From the IMG/VR virus record IMGVR_UViG_3300031450_000204, positions 1 through 53,593 of that record: a DNA stretch of 53,593 nt; one strand, 5' to 3'. Origin of the DNA: a virus (taxonomy: Duplodnaviria; Caudoviricetes). The position numbers and the translations under genes were made by a program. The notes beneath the pieces are model-generated. The model saw only the letters and a list, made by a program, of their open reading frames with translations, was not told where the DNA came from and ran no database searches. Below are positions 26,998 through 36,400 of this stretch, piece after piece. The stretch's first letter is position 1, and each line of letters begins with the position of its first letter.

Positions 26998-27028
26998 GCC
27001 CTTCCAGCCTGGCGGAAGGAGCCGGCGG

Positions 27029-30016
27029 ATGACTGTCTACGCCGGCCAGTACGGACCGGAAACACTCACCGACACCACCGGCCGGCCCGCGCCGACCGCG
27101 CTGGTCCAGATCTACCAGCCGGGGACGTTCACCCCCGCGACGCTCTACGGTGCCCGGGACCGGTCGGTCCCGCTCACCGCCAACCCGGTCCCGTCCGGGA
27201 TGGCGGTCAACACCCCCGGCCTCGACATCTACGCCAACCTGCTGTTCTTCGCCGACCCGGGTCGCTACGACCTGGTCGTCACCTCCGGCGGCAAGCAGAC
27301 CCGGCTCACCGTCGTCGTCGACGAGGACCCGGCTGAGCCGGAAGTCGGCGGCGGTGGTGGCACGGCCGGTGCGGCCGGCCCGGCGCCGTTCAAACCACCC
27401 GTCCCCTACAACCCGGCCACCACCTACAGCCCGATCTCCGGAGCGACCCCCGCCGATGCGGTGAGCTTCCAAGGCTCGTCCTACGTCGCGGTCGCCGCGT
27501 CGACGGGCGTGCAGCCCGGTACCGACACGACGAAGTGGGCTTTGCTCGCCGGCGGCGGGTCGTTCTACCCGGCGGGGCAAGGCCCGGTCCTGGTCGATGC
27601 GGTGACCGGCGGCAGTGTGCGGCTCGGCGTGTCCAACGGGGCGCTCACCTTCACCCCCGTCACCGGTGCGCAGGCCCCGACCGTCCCCGGCCCGCCGACC
27701 GCGGTGACCGCATCCGCGGGTAACGGGACGGCGACCGTGTCGGCTACTCCTCCCGCGTCCAACGGTGGCGCGGCGATCACCGGATACACCGCCACCTCGG
27801 CCCCGGGTGGGCTGACCGGCACCGCTCCCCCTGGTACCCCGGTCACCGTCGCCGGCCTCGCGAACGGCACCGCCTACACCTTTATCCTCACGGCCCGGAA
27901 CTCGGTCGGGTCGTCCGCAGCGAGCGCCCCGTCCAATTCGGTGACACCGTCGGCGACCGCCAACGTCCCCGGGATCCCCACCGCCCTGGTGGTCACCGCC
28001 CTGTCCCGCACGTCGCTGTCGGTCAATGCCACCGCCCCCGCCAGCGGCGGGTCGGCGATCACCGGCTACACCGCCACGGCGACCCCTGTGTCGACCGCTA
28101 CGGTCCGCGGGTCGTGGGACACCGGCACCGAAGGCTGGGTAGGTCGGGGGTCGGCGCCGTTCGTCACCTGGGACACCGGCACCAAGCACGACGGAGCAGG
28201 GTCGCTGCGCGGCGTCAAGCAGATCACCGCCGCCGACAACTACATCCTGATGTCGGACTACCCGACGGCCACCGCCCGGAACTGGTCGGGTGGCAGCCCC
28301 ACGTTCACCGCATGGGTGAAGGTCGCCGCCGGCGCCCCTGCCGGCACCTACACCGGCATCTTGCGGTTCAACTACGCAGACGGCACCCAAACACAGGCGT
28401 TCGTCGACGTGTCCGACAACGCGTGGCACCAGCTGACGGTCACCGTGCCGACGGCGCAGCTCGCGAACATCGTCCTGGTCGACTTCGAGGTCGACTACGG
28501 CGGCAGCGGGTCGGGCAACGCCACCGTCAACTGGGACACGTTCCTGCAAGGCGCCGGCTCGACCGGAGGGCCGGTGTCGGCGACGGGGCCGGCCCTTCCG
28601 GTCACCGTCGGCGGCCTCGTCCCCGGCGGCCTGTACACCGCGACGGTCCACGCGACGAACAGCGTCGGCAACGGACCTGAGTCGGCGGCGTCGTCGCCGT
28701 CGACCAGCCTGAACATCGTCACCGTGCCGGGAGCACCGACGAGCGCCGGCGCGGCGGCTGGGAACGCCTCGGCGACCGTGTCGGCCGTCGCCCCCGCCGA
28801 CAACGGCGGCAGCGCGATCTTGGACTACACCGCCACGTCCTCCCCGGGAGGCCTGACCGCGACAGCCGCGCCCGGCACGCCGCCTACCGTGACCGGGTTG
28901 ACGAACGGCACGGCCTACACCTTCACGGTCACGGCGCGGAACAGCTCCGGGTCGTCGGCTCCGTCGGCTCCGTCGAACAGTGTCACCCCGACCGCGACCG
29001 CGACCACCAACAACTTCTCCATCAGCCCGTCGGGGCAGATCCTCGACCCCGCCGGGGCGATCTTCGTCCCCAATGGGGTCAACGCCAACGGCACAGACTT
29101 CGTGTGGCAGGGGCCGACGCTGAACCAGAGCGGAAAGGCGCAGAACTGGCGGTTCAACGCGCTGCGGTTGAACTGCGGGCTGCCGGGCGCGGGTGGTGTC
29201 GACAACGGCGGCGGGTACGACTTCCCCGGTGACAGCCTGGCGTCGGTCATCAGCGAGTACACCGCGAAGAAGATCGTCATCAAGCTGGACATGCAGCAGC
29301 AGAACCCCGGCACCTACGCCGCCGGCCAGCGGCTCACCGACATCCAGAACTGGTGGGTAGGGATCGCCAACACCTACAAGGACAACCCCTACGTGTGGTT
29401 CAACCTGTTCAACGAACCGGGTTCGGGCGGCGCGAGCGCGCTCGCGCAGTGGCAGCAGGTCCACCAGCAGGTCGCGGCCGCGATCCGCGCTACCGGCGCG
29501 AAGAACGTGATCGTGATGGACGGCTGCCAGTACGGCCAGGAGACCAACGACTTCGGCTCCGGCCCGGCGCCGACCTCCGGCTCGGCGATCGTCAACTACG
29601 GCGCGAGCATGCAGCAGTCCTACGGCCCGGTCGTGTTCTCCCTCCACGTGTACGCCGCGTGGGGCGGCGGGTCACAAGGCGCGACCAACGCCCAGCTCGA
29701 CGCCCGGCTGAACGGCTTTCTCGACGCGGTGCAGAACGCGAACATCCCGATCATGATCGGCGAGTGCGGCACCCACCCGAACCAGGCCGATGAGCAGCCG
29801 TACGAGATCGGCCAGACCCCCGCCACGCAGTGCCTGTACCGGGTGCTGCCGACGCGGGCGAAGAAGATCGGCGCGATGCCGTGGCACGGCGACGGTGCGT
29901 CGGGCTACCAGCAGGTCACCAACAGCCAGCACTGGTCGGACATCAACAGCCCGACGGCTCCGACGAACCTGACGTGGATCGGGCAGCTTCACTGGAACTA
30001 CTGCCACAGCTTCTGA
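27029..30016 (+). CDS. Modular protein: CBM5/12-like, FN3 repeats, carbohydrate-binding-like domain and GH5 glycoside hydrolase
   Basis: YNPATTY..DAVSFQGSSY..KW; FN3 NGG.AI..YT..LANGTAYTF...ARN..G; GH5 WFNLFNEP, SLHVY, IMIGECG. Confidence 0.85.
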   Translation: MTVYAGQYGPETLTDTTGRPAPTALVQIYQPGTFTPATLYGARDRSVPLTANPVPSGMAVNTPGLDIYANLLFFADPGRYDLVVTSGGKQTRLTVVVDEDPAEPEVGGGGGTAGAAGPAPFKPPVPYNPATTYSPISGATPADAVSFQGSSYVAVAASTGVQPGTDTTKWALLAGGGSFYPAGQGPVLVDAVTGGSVRLGVSNGALTFTPVTGAQAPTVPGPPTAVTASAGNGTATVSATPPASNGGAAITGYTATSAPGGLTGTAPPGTPVTVAGLANGTAYTFILTARNSVGSSAASAPSNSVTPSATANVPGIPTALVVTALSRTSLSVNATAPASGGSAITGYTATATPVSTATVRGSWDTGTEGWVGRGSAPFVTWDTGTKHDGAGSLRGVKQITAADNYILMSDYPTATARNWSGGSPTFTAWVKVAAGAPAGTYTGILRFNYADGTQTQAFVDVSDNAWHQLTVTVPTAQLANIVLVDFEVDYGGSGSGNATVNWDTFLQGAGSTGGPVSATGPALPVTVGGLVPGGLYTATVHATNSVGNGPESAASSPSTSLNIVTVPGAPTSAGAAAGNASATVSAVAPADNGGSAILDYTATSSPGGLTATAAPGTPPTVTGLTNGTAYTFTVTARNSSGSSAPSAPSNSVTPTATATTNNFSISPSGQILDPAGAIFVPNGVNANGTDFVWQGPTLNQSGKAQNWRFNALRLNCGLPGAGGVDNGGGYDFPGDSLASVISEYTAKKIVIKLDMQQQNPGTYAAGQRLTDIQNWWVGIANTYKDNPYVWFNLFNEPGSGGASALAQWQQVHQQVAAAIRATGAKNVIVMDGCQYGQETNDFGSGPAPTSGSAIVNYGASMQQSYGPVVFSLHVYAAWGGGSQGATNAQLDARLNGFLDAVQNANIPIMIGECGTHPNQADEQPYEIGQTPATQCLYRVLPTRAKKIGAMPWHGDGASGYQQVTNSQHWSDINSPTAPTNLTWIGQLHWNYCHSF
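27785..27936 (+). repeat. 152-bp exact direct repeat, copy 1 (FN3 domain)
   Basis: Identical to 43578-43729. Confidence 0.9.
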
Positions 30017-30045
30017 CCCCCCGACTAGCTACCGAAAGGACCGCC

Positions 30046-30864
30046 GTGACCGCCCCGTGGTGCGACCCGAACGTCGTCGTCACCCGTTCCGGTGTCCCCC
30101 CGGTGTCGCTCGCGCTCGCCACCGAGGCAGTCGACGGTGCGACCGACATCCTGAACCGGCTGACCGGCGGCCAGTTCCCCGCCCCCGTCACCGGTGACAC
30201 GGTCCGCCCGGCGGGCTGCCGCGGCTACGGCGACTGGGGCCCGCCGTCGCTGCGGGGCGTCGTCGGCTGGTCCCTGTCGGTCCCGCTGGCCCGGGTCGTC
30301 GGCCCCTGGCCGTTGGCCGGTCCCGAAGGCGGCATGTACGCCGGCGCTGGGTGCGGTGCGTGCGGCAACCTGTGGGGCCGCGAACTGCTCCTGTCCGGCC
30401 CCGTCACCACCATCGCCGCAGTGTCGATCGACGGCAGCCCGCTGCCGCCGGCGGCCTACCGCGTCGACGACGGCCACATCCTCGTCCGCGTCGACGGCGG
30501 GGTGTGGCCCCACTGCCAAGACATGACCAAACCGCCGACCGCGGTCGGAACCTTCCAAGTCGTCTACAACCACGGCAACCCGTTGCCAGCCGGGGCTGTC
30601 CGTTCCGCGGAGTCGCTCGCTGTCGAGCTCGCCAAGCTGTGGGACCCGACGATCGGTGTCTGCAAGCTGCCGTCGCGGGTCACGACCATCACCCGGCAGA
30701 ACCTGACGATGGTCGCCATCGACCCCCTGACCGTCATCAAAGAAGGCGGCACCGGCCTCGTCGACGTCGACATGTGGCTCGCGTCCCTCAAGGTCGCCCG
30801 CTCGACCCGGCGGGCCAGGATCTACACCCCCGGTGTCGAACCCGCACTTCGGCACACCGGCTAG
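30046..30864 (+). CDS. Head-to-tail adaptor
   Basis: GAAAGGA RBS; L..LTG.QF, VRP, V.IDG, LVR.DG..WP.CQD, LA.EL.K, C.LP.RV..ITRQ, TG...VD.W. Confidence 0.85.
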   Translation: MTAPWCDPNVVVTRSGVPPVSLALATEAVDGATDILNRLTGGQFPAPVTGDTVRPAGCRGYGDWGPPSLRGVVGWSLSVPLARVVGPWPLAGPEGGMYAGAGCGACGNLWGRELLLSGPVTTIAAVSIDGSPLPPAAYRVDDGHILVRVDGGVWPHCQDMTKPPTAVGTFQVVYNHGNPLPAGAVRSAESLAVELAKLWDPTIGVCKLPSRVTTITRQNLTMVAIDPLTVIKEGGTGLVDVDMWLASLKVARSTRRARIYTPGVEPALRHTG

Positions 30865-30879
30865 ACCAAGGAGAACCCG

Positions 30880-31293
30880 ATGACCGTCCACGACTACGCC
30901 ACCAACCCGACCGGAAGCTGGACAGACACCATGCCCACCGAGAACACCATCACCCGCCTGCAGCGCCCCGCGGTCGGTGCCACCCCCGACGAGGCTGCGG
31001 CCCTCGCCGGGCAGCTCGACGAGGCGCACGTCCTCGCCGTCTCCGACGACATACTCGCCCAGGCAGTCGTCGCCTACCGCGACGCCGCCAAGCCCCGGGA
31101 TGAGGTGAAGGCTGTCGCGCTGGTCGCGGAGCAGGCCACCGTCGACGCCTACGACCCTTCCATCCACACGGTCGACGAGGTCCTCAGCTACGTCGACGAG
31201 GAGCCGTCCCGGGCGCCTGTCGTCCTTGCCGCGGAGAAGGCGGGTAAGAACCGGGGCAGCGTCGTGTCCGTGCTCGAGGGGCTCGCCGAGTGA
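30880..31293 (+). CDS. Virion-associated hypothetical protein
   Basis: AAGGAG RBS; C-terminal DPS.HTVDEV..Y....VL.AE..GKNR. Confidence 0.7.
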   Translation: MTVHDYATNPTGSWTDTMPTENTITRLQRPAVGATPDEAAALAGQLDEAHVLAVSDDILAQAVVAYRDAAKPRDEVKAVALVAEQATVDAYDPSIHTVDEVLSYVDEEPSRAPVVLAAEKAGKNRGSVVSVLEGLAE

Positions 31294-31793
31294 CCGTACC
31301 GGTCCCGCTCGTCCCGGACCTGCCGGCCATCGCCGGCCGGCTGCTGGCCCTCGCGGTCGCAGCGGTTCCCAGCCCTCCGCTGCGTCAGTTCCGGTCGGCT
31401 GGGACCGAGGCGTGGGATGCTGAGCAGCTGACGGTACGGGCAGGGCCGATGTCCCCCGGGTTCCCGGGCCGGACCGCGACGGGGCAGTATGAGCTGCCGA
31501 ACTCGCGGCAGCGGCAGGTCATGTTCACCGTCGAGCTGGTCCGTTGCGTTCCCGCCCCCGGCAACGACGGCACACCGCCGCCCGCGGCGGCGTTGGACGC
31601 GGTGGGTGCGCGGCAGATGGCCGACTGGAACGCGCTGGACATGATGGTCCGGCACATCGGCTGGGGCTCGGCCATCGACGATCAGGCACTGACCGACTTC
31701 GGGGTCAAGTCGGTCGCGCCCGGTGTGCTCGCCGTCGTCGGACCCGAAGGCGGCATGGTCGCCGTCACCTGCGCCGTGATCCTGACGATCTGA
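31290..31793 (+). CDS. Tail terminator-like protein
   Basis: AWD..QL.V, VELVRC.P, GP.GG. Confidence 0.7.
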   Translation: MTVPVPLVPDLPAIAGRLLALAVAAVPSPPLRQFRSAGTEAWDAEQLTVRAGPMSPGFPGRTATGQYELPNSRQRQVMFTVELVRCVPAPGNDGTPPPAAALDAVGARQMADWNALDMMVRHIGWGSAIDDQALTDFGVKSVAPGVLAVVGPEGGMVAVTCAVILTI

Positions 31794-32305
31794 TGGCCGG
31801 CCTGTTCGAAGGGCGGTACGTCAAGCTCAACCCCGTGGCGATGCACGAACTGCTCGAAGGCTCAGCGGGGCCGGTGATGCGCGACGCGTTCGAGCACGGT
31901 GCGCGGATCAAGGAGATGGCTGCGGCGAAGATCCGCCCGTCCCGGATCAGGGGCGGACGGGGAGGGAACTCGACGAGCCTGCGGGACTCGGGGCATGTCA
32001 TCTTCGCCCGCGCCGGAGGTGAGACGTGCGTCGTCGTCACCTTCACCAAGCCGTACGCCACCTACGTCCACGAAGGGACCCGGCCGCACATCATCATGCC
32101 GAAGAAGGCCGGCGGGGTGCTGGCGTTCTACTGGCCGAAGGCCGGCAAGACGGTCTTCATGCGGCAGGTCCACCACCCGGGCACCCAGGGCCAGCATTAC
32201 CTGACCGACGCCGCCGAAGCGGAATTCGGCTTCCACATCACCGCCGTGTCGGGCGCCGGGATGTTCTCCTACGGCGGCTACGAGGCGTTCGCCGGCTCTC
32301 TGTGA
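31793..32305 (+). CDS. HK97 gp10-like tail completion protein
   Basis: LR.S, YA.YVHEGTRPH.I.P, V.HPGT...YL.DA. Confidence 0.8.
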   Translation: MAGLFEGRYVKLNPVAMHELLEGSAGPVMRDAFEHGARIKEMAAAKIRPSRIRGGRGGNSTSLRDSGHVIFARAGGETCVVVTFTKPYATYVHEGTRPHIIMPKKAGGVLAFYWPKAGKTVFMRQVHHPGTQGQHYLTDAAEAEFGFHITAVSGAGMFSYGGYEAFAGSL

Positions 32306-32613
32306 CGCCGGTGCGCCCCCCGGGGTCGTAGCTCGCGGTGCTCGGGCTTGACGCACAACGACTGGCCGCACCGTGGGGACAGCTGCATCCCCGGCGGGCG
32401 CGAGCCGTGCTTGCGTTCCCAGGCCCAGACGTGCGGGTACAGCGTCCGCCGATCGGGGCGCTTCCCCACGCACATGACCGGGGTCTTGTTGCCGTAGCGG
32501 CCGAGGTTCTTCGCCCCGACCCACAGGTCACACATGCCGGCGACGCCAGCGACGAGCGGTGGCGTTCCGGCGCGGGCGGTGTGCTTCCAGAAGCGGTGCT
32601 CGAGGGCGTCCAT
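32278..32613 (-). CDS. Degenerate HNH-endonuclease-like protein
   Basis: RFWK, C.LW.GA, H..AWE..HG..P.G, C...LCV.P.H; canonical HNH His/Asn residues replaced. Confidence 0.6.
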   Translation of the reverse strand: MDALEHRFWKHTARAGTPPLVAGVAGMCDLWVGAKNLGRYGNKTPVMCVGKRPDRRTLYPHVWAWERKHGSRPPGMQLSPRCGQSLCVKPEHRELRPRGAHRRHREPANAS

Positions 32614-32635
32614 AGGCCGGATTGTGTCGCGACTT

Positions 32636-32654
32636 GTCCCGCGCTGCATGCAAC
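32636..32654. promoter_or_regulatory. 19-bp operator-like motif GTCCCGCG-CTG-CATGCAAC
   Basis: Between the divergent HNH-like gene and tail chaperone. Confidence 0.6.
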
Positions 32655-32704
32655 GCGCAGCAAAATCCCTACCGTGGCTGGCAGACCATCACAAGGGAGC
32701 GGAC

Positions 32705-33223
32705 ATGGCCGACCTGATCGAGTTCGACTACGAGGAGCCGGAAGGCGCGGACGCTGACAGCGAGTACGAGCCGATCGTGCTGCGCATCCCGTTCAAGGAC
32801 AAGACCGGGAAGATCGGCCACGAGGACTTCACCTGCCGACCCGAGATCCCGTTCGGTGTCCTCATCGACCTCGAGTCCGCCGCCTCCTCCGCCGGCATCC
32901 AAGAGTTCCTCAACACGGCACTGCTCGACGATGACGGCGAGCTGGACGCCGACGGTGAGCCCGTCGAGGACACGTCGAGCGTGGACCGTTACGACGCGCT
33001 GGTCCACGACCCGGCCCGCAAAGTCCCCGGCCCTCTGTTGGGGAAGGTGTTCAACGGGCTGTACGAGGAGTACGGCCGCCGCCACGGCTCGGGTGAGGCC
33101 AACCGCCCTACACGGCGAGCCGTGCGCTCACAGGCGCGGCCGCGGCGGACTGGCAGTACCTCGACGGCAAAGCTCAACGGGAAGGTGTCGACCTCCGCTC
33201 GCTCCCGGCAGGCCGCGGGCTGA
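32705..33223 (+). CDS. Tail assembly chaperone (short form)
   Basis: GGGAG RBS; position before tape measure; ends YG...RPT. Confidence 0.8.
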   Translation: MADLIEFDYEEPEGADADSEYEPIVLRIPFKDKTGKIGHEDFTCRPEIPFGVLIDLESAASSAGIQEFLNTALLDDDGELDADGEPVEDTSSVDRYDALVHDPARKVPGPLLGKVFNGLYEEYGRRHGSGEANRPTRRAVRSQARPRRTGSTSTAKLNGKVSTSARSRQAAG

Positions 33224-33444
33224 ACGTGGTCTACAGCCTGCTCGTCGACGACACCTGGCGGGCCATGCAGTCCGAGAAGGACGCAGGCCCCGCCGACGCA
33301 CGCACCAAGGTCGACGAGCACCTCGCCGCTGTCGGGGCGCAGGTCGGGGGTTCCACGTCGCCGGGCCGGCGGGGGAAGCCGGATCCGGCGACGTGGGGTT
33401 GGACTCCCAGCCCGGATGCCGACACCCCACCGGGCCTGTCATGA
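33109..33444 (+). CDS. Tail assembly chaperone -1 frameshift extension
   Basis: -1 frame open from 33097 reads YTASRAL..DWQYLDG...GVDLRSLP..R.LNVVY. Confidence 0.7.
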   Translation, partial: YTASRALTGAAAADWQYLDGKAQREGVDLRSLPAGRGLNVVYSLLVDDTWRAMQSEKDAGPADARTKVDEHLAAVGAQVGGSTSPGRRGKPDPATWGWTPSPDADTPPGLS

Positions 33445-36400
33445 TCGTCGGTGAGGCGTCGATCCTCATCCGGCCGATCACCGCCGGGTTCGGCAAGCAG
33501 CTGCTCGAAGGCGCCGACAAGGAACTCGCCGCCTCGGGTGCGACCGCCGGGAGCCGGTTTGGTGGCATGTTCGCCAAAGGGCTCGCCGGGATCGGTATCG
33601 CCACCGCAGCCATCGGCATCGCTGCGATCAAGATGGGATCGGACTACCAGCGCAGCCTGCTGATGATCCACACCCAGGCGGGTGCGACAGGCGAAAACCT
33701 CGGGCAGATCACCAAGCAGATCTTCGCGATGGCACCGGCTGTCGGGTTCGGTCCCAAGGCGCTGGTCGACGCGCTGTACCACATTGAGTCGGTCGGCTAC
33801 CGCGGCGCGCAGGCGATGGACATCCTCAAGATCGCCGCGCAAGGCGCGAAGATCGGCCACGAAGACCTCGAGAAGACAGCCAACAGCCTTGTCGCGACGA
33901 TGGCGTCGGGAATCACCGGCTTCCACGGCGCCGCCCAGGCGATGGGCGTCCTCGACGCGATCATCGGCGCTGGGAACATGCGGATGGACGGGCTGAACGC
34001 CGCCATCGGCACCGGGCTGTTCGCCAGCGCCCAGACGTTCGGTATTTCCATCCAGTCGGTGGGTGCAGCGCTCGCGTTCATGACCGACCGCGGCTCGGGG
34101 GCGCAGGAGTCGGCGACCCGGCTGCGGATGTCGATCGCGTTGATGGCCGCCCCGTCGGCCGCGGCGTCGAAGATTATGGGGACCCTCGGGTTGTCGACCA
34201 CCGAGGTGCACTCCCGGACGACGGCCATGTCCGAGGCGCTGAAGAAGGCGCACATCACCACGTCGATGCTCGCTTCGGACCTTCGGAAGCCGGACGGGTT
34301 CGAGGTCGCGCTCAGGCATCTGAAGACGGCGCTGGCCGATTCGGGGGTGTCGGCTGTAACCGCGTCGGCGATTATTTCGCGGGCGTTCGGCGGCGGCCGG
34401 TCCGGCGCGACGATCATGGCGATGTACGGCAACCTCGACGTCCTCAAGGGCAAGTTCGACCAGATCACGCGGACAAGCAACAACTTCGGCCAAAGCTGGG
34501 CAGCTACGCAGAAGACCGCGTCGTTCCAGTTCTCCCGGTTCACCGCCCTCGTCGAGACCGGGCTGACCAGGCTCGGGATGTTCCTGCTGCCGCAGGTGAC
34601 GCGGGCGACTAAGGGCCTCGTCGACGGGGTCATTGCGGCCGGGCCGGTGATCAGCCGGGCGTGGGACTCGATCATGGGCGGGTTCCGGAACCCGGGCGCG
34701 AAGCTCGGGGCGTCGGCGTCGGTGTTCAACGCGGTCTCGCCGCTGAACGCGATCCTCCTGAGCGCCGGGCAGAACATCCGCAAGTTCTCCGACCTACTGC
34801 TACCCGCGCTGCGCTCTGCGGGGTCGGCGATCATGGGCGCGCTCGGCCCGACGTGGGACCTGATCCGCAACCTCGCTCGCGACCTCGCGCCGCTGGCCGG
34901 GCTGCTGCTCAAGGTCTTCGCCGGGGCTGTGATCGTCGGGATACGAGCGTTCGCGGTCGCGGTCCGCGACGTGCTCACCCCGATGATCCGATTCGCCGGG
35001 TCGCTCGTCGGCTTCCTCGGGAAACTCGCCGGCAACACCGCTTTCCAGGCCCTCGCTGTCGGCGTCGCCGTGCTACTCGTCCCGTTCGGGGCGCTGCTCG
35101 TCGTCCTCAAAGGCATGGAGCTCGCGACGGCGGCGAACCTGTTGATAACCAAGGCGTGGACGGTAGCTACGAACATCGCCAAAGAGGCCACTATCGCGTT
35201 CCGGTTCGCGGTGTGGCTGCTGAACGCGGCGTGGGAGGCCAACCCGATCGGTGTGGTCGTCCTCGCCCTGACAGCCCTCGCCGCGGGGCTGGTGTTCGCC
35301 TACGAGAAGTCCAAGGCGTTCCGTGACATCGTCGACTCGGTCGGCCGGGTGTTCCGCACCCTCTGGGACGCCATCACCGGCGGAGCCGCGGCGCAGGAGA
35401 AGGTCAAGCGGTTCTTCTCCGACCTGCCGGGGATGATCCTGCGCGGCGTCGAAGCCGGCGGCCGTGCGCTGGCTGACTTCGGCAAGCGCATCCCCGGCTG
35501 GATCATGTCGGGGCTCGGGGCCGCCGGGGGCTTCGGCAAGAAGCTCCTCGACATGGTCGTCTCCGGCCTAGCGACCGGCGGGCAGCTGCTGGCCGACGTC
35601 GGCCGCAGAATCCCCGGCTGGCTATGGGACGGCATCAAGGGCGCTGTCAACCTCGGTGTCGGCCTGCTCAACCTGATCCACGAAGGCATCCAGAGCGGCG
35701 GCCGGGTCGTCACCGACGTCGCGAAGAAAATCCCCGGCTGGATCCTCGACGGGATCAAGAGCGCCGTCACCAGCATCCCTTCGTTCTTCGCCAACCTGTT
35801 CACCCACCTGTTCGACGGCGGTGGCGGCGGGGGTGGCGGTGGCAAGGGCAACGAGGGCGCGAAGAAGGCCGGCAAGGGGATCGTCGCTTCCATCATCGGC
35901 GGGCTGACCGGCGCAGCGAAGGACCTGCTCGACTGGTTCACCAAGCTCCCCGGCAAGATCGCCGGCTGGGTCGGCTCCATCGACTTCGGCGCCATCGGCA
36001 AGAAGATCCTCACGCTGGTCGGCCACGCCTTCCAGGACGCGGGAACCATCCTCAAGGTCGCAGGGTTCCTCGCCCTCGGCCTTGCCGCGGTCGGCCTCGC
36101 AGTCGTCCTGATCCTGCCCGCCATCGGTCTTGCCATCGCCTTCGCTTTGGTCACCGCGCTGCTGCACGCCCTCGGGACCAACTGGTCCAAGATCGGCCAG
36201 TTCTTCACCGGCGCCTGGAACGGGATCAAGAGCTCGGCCATCGAAGGGATGCACGCTGTCGGCGGTGCCGTGTCACACGGCGCCGAGCAGATCGCCGGGT
36301 TCTTCACGCGGATGTGGCATGACGTGACAACGTTTTTCCGCGTCGGTTGGCTGGCTATTACCGCAATTGCTACCAGCTTGTGGCACGACGTGACAGGGGT

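Noticed and set aside
26876-29647. Long antisense ORFs (also 16586..18796, 36960..38507, 38595..40055 and others)
   Set aside because: Shadow frames of real genes caused by high GC; no motifs or RBS
32856-33440. Tape measure start at 32856 (2427 aa)
   Set aside because: Overlaps the chaperone genes; ATGA-coupled start at 33441 gives the typical MIVGEA.I.I.P N-terminus
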